Below are positions 19,581 through 24,683 of a DNA stretch of 24,683 nucleotides, piece by piece. Position numbers and translations under genes: made by a program. Numbering within the stretch: position 1 is the stretch's first letter; every line of letters begins with the position of its first letter. Source of the DNA: a virus (taxonomy: Duplodnaviria; Caudoviricetes); the IMG/VR virus record IMGVR_UViG_3300021389_000152, positions 1 through 24,683 of that record. One strand, given 5' to 3'. The notes beneath the pieces are model-generated. The model saw only the letters and a list, made by a program, of their open reading frames with translations. It made no database searches and was not told the DNA's origin.

Positions 19581-20131
19581 TGATTTTAAATAGCAGAAAT
19601 AACGCATACGATTTTAGATTCCCTAGGAAGTTTATTCCAGAAGAGGTTGCTAACAAGTATAAGAAATATTTGAATAGAGTTCCAGGTGGACTTTTAGCAG
19701 AGCCAATTGATTTTGTAAATTATTCTATCCAAGGGCTTAATATCCCAGGTGTAACGTTTGATCCTGTTACTCAATCGGATAATGATGGTACTATAAGAAG
19801 CCATCGAGGTGCACAGCCAATTCAAAATACAATTTCTAGAGAATTTACAGTAACGTTTCAATTATTAGATGGTTTTATTAACTATTGGTTAATGATGGAC
19901 ACTTTACTTTATTATTATGCTAGGTCTACTAAACAGGCGTTTATTGAACCATTGACTTTAAGAATATTAGATGCTGAAGGAGCTTCAGTAGCTTACATGG
20001 AATACTCTGGTATTATCATGACATCTATTAATGAGTTAAACTTAAACATGGCAGAGAATGTATCTGATTTTTCTACATTTGAATGTTCATTTGTTTACAA
20101 TAAGTTAAACTTGAGATTAGAAATAGAATAA
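19580..20131 (+). CDS. Tail tube-fold protein (T4 gp3 tail completion / gp19-like)
   Basis: Pattern QGLNIPGVTF...FTVTFQLLDGFINY...LTLRILD...ELNLN...FECSFVYN parallels T4-like gp3/gp19 proteins, and the size (183 aa) is typical. Confidence 0.7.
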   Translation: MILNSRNNAYDFRFPRKFIPEEVANKYKKYLNRVPGGLLAEPIDFVNYSIQGLNIPGVTFDPVTQSDNDGTIRSHRGAQPIQNTISREFTVTFQLLDGFINYWLMMDTLLYYYARSTKQAFIEPLTLRILDAEGASVAYMEYSGIIMTSINELNLNMAENVSDFSTFECSFVYNKLNLRLEIE

Positions 20132-20133
20132 AA

Positions 20134-20142
20134 GATATATAA
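20134..20142 (+). promoter_or_regulatory. Putative late promoter GATATATAA, likely leaderless transcript
   Basis: Sits in a 14-nt gap, 3 nt before ATG 20146. Confidence 0.6.
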
Positions 20143-20145
20143 ACT

Positions 20146-20523
20146 ATGAAAGATACTAAAACATTTAATGAATACTTAGTTGAGCAAAAGCTAACTAAGA
20201 CTGACATGAAACTTTTACAAGAAGGTTTACAATCAGAGTGGACTCAAGATTTAGAAGATAAGGTTGATTTTGCACTAGAACAGTTTGCTCAACAATTTGC
20301 AAACGAAGATGGTTCTTTTGATTTAGATAGATTAGAAGAGGGACTTGTTAATGAAGGACTTTTAGGTTCTATCTTTGGTGGTCTTGCAGGTTTTGCATTA
20401 GGAAAATCCGTAGGCAAAATGATCTGTAAAGTTCTTGGTATTCAGAAAGGTATCTTCTACGATTTATTAACTTCCAGATTAGTCGGTGCTGCTCTAGGTG
20501 CTGCGATGGGTAAAAGAATCTAA
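20146..20523 (+). CDS. Probable internal head protein with glycine-zipper C-terminus
   Basis: N-terminus MKDTKTFNEYLVE resembles the T4 capsid-targeting sequence MKTYQEFIAE. Several [LV]xE sites, then GxxxG-rich hydrophobic helices. Confidence 0.6.
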   Translation: MKDTKTFNEYLVEQKLTKTDMKLLQEGLQSEWTQDLEDKVDFALEQFAQQFANEDGSFDLDRLEEGLVNEGLLGSIFGGLAGFALGKSVGKMICKVLGIQKGIFYDLLTSRLVGAALGAAMGKRI

Positions 20524-20524
20524 A

Positions 20525-21199
20525 TTGAATCTAGTTACAGTTGACTTCTCGCTTAATTCCCCTGGTATTTGTGTCTGGCAATCTGACACGAATGAATATC
20601 ACTTTATCTCCTATATTAAAGCTGGTTCTGGCACAAAAGCCGAACAGCGAAGACAAGAAGAAATAAGTACATTTTCAGATGTAACTCTTGTTCATCAACC
20701 TGATTGGAAATCTTCAGTCGGAGATTACTCTAAAAACGAATTTGCAAAGATTAAAAGATATATCCAAACTGCAGATGATATAATTAATCTGATATTAGGA
20801 ATAACAAACACAGAAGAAGATTATCATATTGCTTTCGAAGGTACGTCATACGGTTCTAAAATGGGAACTAATAATATGATTGACATGGCAGCGGGAGCTG
20901 CGATCCTTAAAGAACAAATGATTAATAGACTCGAGGTCAAAAATTTACTGACCGTTGCACCTACTACAATTAAGAAACATGCTGGTAAAGGGAATATGAA
21001 TAAGTTAGCTCTTTGGGTTGCTTTCTTAAATAATATAGTAGAGAGTCCAGAGTTAGCTAAGACTTCTTTATTTAAGTATTGTGTAAATGATATAGGTGAT
21101 GAGGTTAAAAAAGTCCCGAAACCATTTGATGATCTAGTCGACGCTTGGTTCCTTAATCATTATTTGCTTCAGCAACTAGGGGAAAATTTGCCGGACTAA
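20525..21199 (+). CDS. RuvC-like Holliday junction resolvase (probable TTG start at 20525)
   Basis: RNase H-fold RuvC motifs: VDFSLNSPG, AFEGTSYG, PTTIKKHAGKGN..K and DDLVDA. An in-frame TTG 1 nt after the upstream stop places the catalytic Asp at residue 7, as in RuvC. Confidence 0.8.
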   Translation: MNLVTVDFSLNSPGICVWQSDTNEYHFISYIKAGSGTKAEQRRQEEISTFSDVTLVHQPDWKSSVGDYSKNEFAKIKRYIQTADDIINLILGITNTEEDYHIAFEGTSYGSKMGTNNMIDMAAGAAILKEQMINRLEVKNLLTVAPTTIKKHAGKGNMNKLALWVAFLNNIVESPELAKTSLFKYCVNDIGDEVKKVPKPFDDLVDAWFLNHYLLQQLGENLPD

Positions 21200-21295
21200 C
21201 CAAGTCTCTGCTTCAAGCCCTCAACTGGTACCAATCTCTGCTTGCAGACTTAAAGCTTACTTCCAGGACCTTATCTGGCTTTGGCTTAAAGACAT
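21200..21295 (-). ncRNA. Candidate structured small RNA
   Basis: Lies directly downstream of the - strand promoter motif, encodes only a 12-codon ORF, and has several possible stems and internal repeats. Confidence 0.35.
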
Positions 21296-21298
21296 TAC

Positions 21299-21326
21299 TT
21301 ATATGCTAGTTCCCAGAAAAGGTTTC
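21299..21326 (-). promoter_or_regulatory. Putative middle promoter GAAAC-N18-TATAA
   Basis: The + strand reads TTATA(21299-303)-N18-GTTTC(21322-26). Same architecture as 21810 and 22059. Confidence 0.55.
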
Positions 21327-21374
21327 AAAAAGGTTCAACAAATCTGCAATCTTTTTTTAAAAGGCCTATTCTGA

Positions 21375-21707
21375 TTAAAGAAAAGCCTTAATTTCATCCA
21401 TTTGTTTCTTGATTTCTACACAGGCTTCAGAATATCTGTCTACTTCCGGGTATTTAAAACCTAACCAAAGCATATCAATATTAACTGGACCTGCACCACC
21501 GATGATGTCATCAATCCATGTACAGAATGAATGAAGCGAGTTAGCCTCATCGATGTATAAACTTTCCTCTATATAATAATAACCCTCTAGAAAGCTTCCA
21601 GTGGTCTTAGCCCCCATTAAAAGAAGGGTTTTGTTTCTCGACGATAATTTAGTATGTTTCTTCATAGCGTCTAATTTTAATTGGTGTTCGTAGTGTGGAT
21701 TACTCAT
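21375..21707 (-). CDS. Hypothetical protein (probable early gene)
   Basis: 110-aa ORF filling a gap not covered by any + strand ORF, with an A-rich leader and a host-like promoter upstream. Confidence 0.7.
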   Translation of the reverse strand: MSNPHYEHQLKLDAMKKHTKLSSRNKTLLLMGAKTTGSFLEGYYYIEESLYIDEANSLHSFCTWIDDIIGGAGPVNIDMLWLGFKYPEVDRYSEACVEIKKQMDEIKAFL

Positions 21708-21732
21708 GATTTATATGTTTTTAATTACAGTA

Positions 21733-21764
21733 CTAATATACGAAAAATAACTGACATAAAAAAA
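21733..21764 (-). promoter_or_regulatory. Putative host (Bacteroidota sigmaA-type) early promoter
   Basis: The - strand reads TTTT-N20-TATATTAG against the consensus TTTG-N19-21-TAnnTTTG, one mismatch per box, 25 nt upstream of ATG 21707. Confidence 0.45.
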
Positions 21765-21809
21765 TATTTAGGCAATTATTTTGCAAAAAAGATATTAACA
21801 TACTATCTA

Positions 21810-21836
21810 GAAACAAAACAAAATAACGATATATAA
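21810..21836 (+). promoter_or_regulatory. Composite promoter GAAAC-N17-TATAA containing GATATATAA
   Basis: GAAAC at 21810-14 and GATATATAA at 21828-36, 29 nt before ATG 21866. Confidence 0.6.
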
Positions 21837-21865
21837 TAAGTATAATAAACAATAACTACAGTGAT

Positions 21866-22060
21866 ATGTTAATTACAGCGGATTACTTTCGTCTCAGCGA
21901 AATCCTAAATAAAATGGTGGCAGCGAACCAGATCACGACTAACGAGCGTGAGGAGTTACTCCACAAATCAGGGCTGATTAAGCAAAAGGACGGTAGATGG
22001 AAGGAACTTCCTACAGACCCAAGGTCTGGGAATCATCCAGCTTATTTGACATTAGACTGA
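21866..22060 (+). CDS. Hypothetical small protein
   Basis: 64-aa ORF directly behind a promoter motif and an A-rich leader. Confidence 0.6.
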   Translation: MLITADYFRLSEILNKMVAANQITTNEREELLHKSGLIKQKDGRWKELPTDPRSGNHPAYLTLD

Positions 22061-22086
22061 AACTATTGTATATTGTACAACTATAA
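22059..22086 (+). promoter_or_regulatory. Putative middle promoter GAAAC-N18-TATAA for the SSB-primase operon
   Basis: GAAAC at 22059-63 and TATAA at 22082-86, 62 nt before ATG 22149. Confidence 0.6.
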
Positions 22087-22148
22087 GGTAACGAAAGACA
22101 ATTAAAGTATTTCAATTTTTTAAACAATTAAACAACTAAAAGAAAATT

Positions 22149-23072
22149 ATGAGCGACTCATTTGACATTTTTAATTTAGGCGTGGAAGATGTGGAAACAC
22201 ACCAGCCTGAAAGAACTTCAACAAACGAAGTTTACAAACCAACTGCCGACGACGGCAAAGACGGAACTTACAAAGCATTAATTCGTTTTGTACCTAATCC
22301 AGAGAACCCAAGAAAATCTTTGGTTCAAAAATACGTACACTGGTTAACTAACTCTTCTGGAGATGGTAAACTAGTAGACTCACCTCAAACTATTGGAGAA
22401 CACTGCCCTATTGCAGATGTATTCTGGAAGTTGAGAAAATCAGATTCTGCTGTAGACAGAAAAGCTTCTGAAAAGCTTAAAAGACGTCAACAGTATTATT
22501 CTCTTATTAAGATCATTAAAGATCCACAAAATACAGAAATGGAAGGTACTTACAAAGTATTCAAATTTGGATATAAGATTAAAGAGAAGATTGATTCTGA
22601 GTTGAAGCCAGACTTTGGTGAACCAACACAAGTATTCGACCTATTCGAAGGTAAGAACTTCGAGCTTGTAATTACAAGACAAGGTGAATATAATAACTAT
22701 GACAAATCTAAATTCTCTTCAAGTAAAGGTGCTATTGTAGTGGGCGACGCTCCAGCAGAAAGAACGAAAGAGATCATGGGAACTATCAAGGAAGAACTTG
22801 AAAGCGCACCATCTTTAGCTCAATATGATTACAAAGCGTGGGACGAAGACACGAGAGCCTTTGTAAACAATGTATTGAGAATGTATCTTAATCCAGGTGA
22901 TGATATTGCTGCAGTAACTTCTGCTCCAAAATCTGCTCCAGCTCCAAAGGCGAAAGTAACTGAAACTGCAACTGCAGGTTCTGCTGCGCCAGCAAAAGCT
23001 GAAACTCCTGCTGAAAGTAAGGTAACTACAGATGATGACTTAGACTCTTTCCTAGATGACCTCAACATCTAA
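22149..23072 (+). CDS. gp32: T4 gp32-like single-stranded DNA-binding protein
   Basis: Motifs ALIRFVP, CPI, IIKDPQN.E.EG...VFKFGYKIKEKI, FDLFEGKNF.L and NYDKSKF, followed by an Ala/Pro linker and the acidic tail DDDLDSFLDDL. Confidence 0.92.
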   Translation: MSDSFDIFNLGVEDVETHQPERTSTNEVYKPTADDGKDGTYKALIRFVPNPENPRKSLVQKYVHWLTNSSGDGKLVDSPQTIGEHCPIADVFWKLRKSDSAVDRKASEKLKRRQQYYSLIKIIKDPQNTEMEGTYKVFKFGYKIKEKIDSELKPDFGEPTQVFDLFEGKNFELVITRQGEYNNYDKSKFSSSKGAIVVGDAPAERTKEIMGTIKEELESAPSLAQYDYKAWDEDTRAFVNNVLRMYLNPGDDIAAVTSAPKSAPAPKAKVTETATAGSAAPAKAETPAESKVTTDDDLDSFLDDLNI

Positions 23073-24135
23073 TAACATACAGTTAACTGAAGAACTTAAG
23101 AGTAGAATAAAAGTTGCACTCAAACAAGTTTGTGTAGAACATCACACTACTCCTAATAAACAGCTGCTTAAAGATATGCCAGGGCGAATAACCCTGGCAT
23201 GTCCTTATTGTGGTGACTCTCATGAAGATGATACCAAGAAGCGTGGTAACATGTATTGGGACACTCTTCAGTATCACTGTTACAATTGTTCTCACCATAC
23301 TAATCTATACGGTCTATTAAAAGACCATGAGGTAAGAATGCCTAACACTGGCGACTCCTTTACTATTATAGACTATATTAAAGAGAATAAACAACAGGTT
23401 AGTCAAGAACAAGTATTACAAAACCAGTCACTTGCAAGCGTCCAAGAACTGGCATTAACTATAGATGAATTTAAACAAGTATTTGGCGCTAAAGAAATTG
23501 AGCCTGGAGAATGGATTTGGTTTCAGTTAAAAGAGAGGCTATTACACACTAAAGCTAGTGAGTTTCTTTTTTCCCCAAAAGGTAATCGCCTTTGGATTTT
23601 AAACATGGGGATTAACGGGAAGATTATCGGCGCACAATCCAGAAGAATGAAAGGCTATGGGTCTAGGTATTTAACTTATGACCTACCAAAAATATATGAA
23701 GAGTGGAATAAACCGCTAGAGTTAGAACCTGAGGTAATGACTAAACTAGCAAAGGCTTCTACTCTATTTGGAATTATGCAGGTTAATTTCCAACAACCAG
23801 TCACTCTATTTGAGGGACCGATTGATGCGAAGTTTATGCATAACTCTATTGCCCTAGCAACTGCCGGTAGATCGACAGAAGAATTTGATGAAATGGCGAC
23901 AGTCAGATATATGTTTGATAATGATGCAACAGGTAAAAAGAAAATGATTGAGAAGCTAAAAAAGGGAAGACCAGTATTTATGTGGTCTAAATTTCTAGAC
24001 GATTTTAAGCTAGATACATATAATATCAAAGATCTAAACGACTTGATAAAAGTATGTTACAAGCAGAAGTCTACAGCTTGGAAACAAATAGAAAATTATT
24101 TCACATCAAGCGATTTAGACTTATGGTACGTATAG
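23056..24135 (+). CDS. gp61: T4 gp61-like DNA primase
   Basis: Zinc ribbon CPYCGDS...KRG...YHCYNC and TOPRIM motifs FEGPIDA, FDND and KDLND. Confidence 0.92.
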   Translation: MTSTSNNIQLTEELKSRIKVALKQVCVEHHTTPNKQLLKDMPGRITLACPYCGDSHEDDTKKRGNMYWDTLQYHCYNCSHHTNLYGLLKDHEVRMPNTGDSFTIIDYIKENKQQVSQEQVLQNQSLASVQELALTIDEFKQVFGAKEIEPGEWIWFQLKERLLHTKASEFLFSPKGNRLWILNMGINGKIIGAQSRRMKGYGSRYLTYDLPKIYEEWNKPLELEPEVMTKLAKASTLFGIMQVNFQQPVTLFEGPIDAKFMHNSIALATAGRSTEEFDEMATVRYMFDNDATGKKKMIEKLKKGRPVFMWSKFLDDFKLDTYNIKDLNDLIKVCYKQKSTAWKQIENYFTSSDLDLWYV

Positions 24136-24332
24136 AGGAAATGGAAGATACATTAGAGGATTTTTTTAAGGACAGCGACCGCTTCAAGAAGATGCGTATG
24201 CTAATTGATTTCGAGATGCCAGATTTTAAAACTGATAATCCCGATATGAAATTTAGCAAACCTAAACTTAAGAAAGGCGAAAAGGCCGCAAAGTTTATTA
24301 AACCAGATAGGAACAAACCGTCACTATTTTAA
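24123..24332 (+). CDS. Small hypothetical protein (start 24123 or 24141)
   Basis: Fills the gap between the primase and the UvsY-like gene. Acidic N-half and basic C-half. The 24054 start would overlap the primase by 82 nt. Confidence 0.55.
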   Translation: MVRIEEMEDTLEDFFKDSDRFKKMRMLIDFEMPDFKTDNPDMKFSKPKLKKGEKAAKFIKPDRNKPSLF

Positions 24333-24343
24333 TATAAAGATAA

Positions 24344-24683
24344 ATGAGTAACGATAAAATATTAGCACTAGATCAAAAATTAAGTGCACAGAGAAACGAA
24401 TGGTCAACTACCATTAGAAATTTAGCACAAAGCCTTCGTAATATTAATACGATGGAGGTTACTATTGCAGATGTGCTATCTTCTAGACAAACACTCGTAG
24501 ATCAAATGGCATATATAAATGTCAAAATAAAACAACAAAAGAAGGCTATTGCTGCTAGATACCGAGAAGCATATATTAGATACTATAATTATGATTACAA
24601 ACTGGGTGAAAAGCAGAAAGAGAAATTCTTAGAGAACGACTTAGCAGATGACAATATGATTTTGTCACATTTAGAAAACCAAA
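24344..24683 (+). CDS. uvsY: UvsY-like recombination mediator, 3'-truncated
   Basis: Not in the ORF track. Translated by hand as MSNDKILALDQKL...AYIRYYNYDYKLGEKQKEKFLENDL...HLENQ. It is all-helical with a YY...YKL...(I/L)..D pattern like T4 UvsY, and lies beside gp32 and gp61. Confidence 0.6.
   Translation, partial: MSNDKILALDQKLSAQRNEWSTTIRNLAQSLRNINTMEVTIADVLSSRQTLVDQMAYINVKIKQQKKAIAARYREAYIRYYNYDYKLGEKQKEKFLENDLADDNMILSHLENQ

Noticed and set aside
1382-19607. Many 60-145-aa - strand ORFs and the nested + ORF 7486-7674
   Set aside because: They lie within long + strand genes, have shadow-frame composition and show no promoter or motif support.
20498-20524. ATG 20498 as the resolvase start
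   Set aside because: It overlaps the upstream gene, and TTG 20525 gives the normal RuvC N-terminus.
21200-21243. Mini CRISPR array from the CCAA(G)TCTCTGCTT repeat
   Set aside because: Only two imperfect 13-14-nt copies 17 nt apart, too short for CRISPR repeats, and no cas genes.
22915-23015. GCTCCA/CTGC micro-repeats
   Set aside because: Explained by the low-complexity Ala/Pro linker of gp32.
22440-24316. - strand ORFs opposite gp32, primase and the small ORF
   Set aside because: Antisense shadows of well-supported genes.
1-24683. Stop-codon reassignment as in Lak or some crAss-like phages
   Set aside because: Long ORFs are uninterrupted in code 11, and TAG (16071, 24133) and TGA (22058) act as ordinary stops.

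Overview
AT-rich, gene-dense fragment of a large T4-like tailed phage, in the standard genetic code. The host is probably a Bacteroidota bacterium, inferred from A-rich leaders without Shine-Dalgarno motifs and a TAnnTTTG-like promoter. Positions 1-20.5 kb are a + strand virion block. It holds two unassigned structural proteins, a 2737-aa protein with an N-terminal Calx-beta/cadherin-like adhesin arm, a collagen-containing fibre, a small Pol-beta-type nucleotidyltransferase-like gene, a spanin-like membrane protein, another structural protein, a gp3/gp19-fold tail protein and a small protein with a T4-like capsid-targeting N-terminus. Positions 20.5-24.7 kb are a replication/recombination block: RuvC-like resolvase, gp32-like SSB, gp61-like primase and a partial UvsY-like gene. 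Three candidate promoter classes can be read from the DNA: late GATATATAA, middle GAAAC-N17/18-TATAA and a host-type early promoter. One middle-type promoter points into a structured ~100-nt region with no real gene, a candidate ncRNA or R-loop origin. All family calls come from motif recognition by eye; no database search was run.
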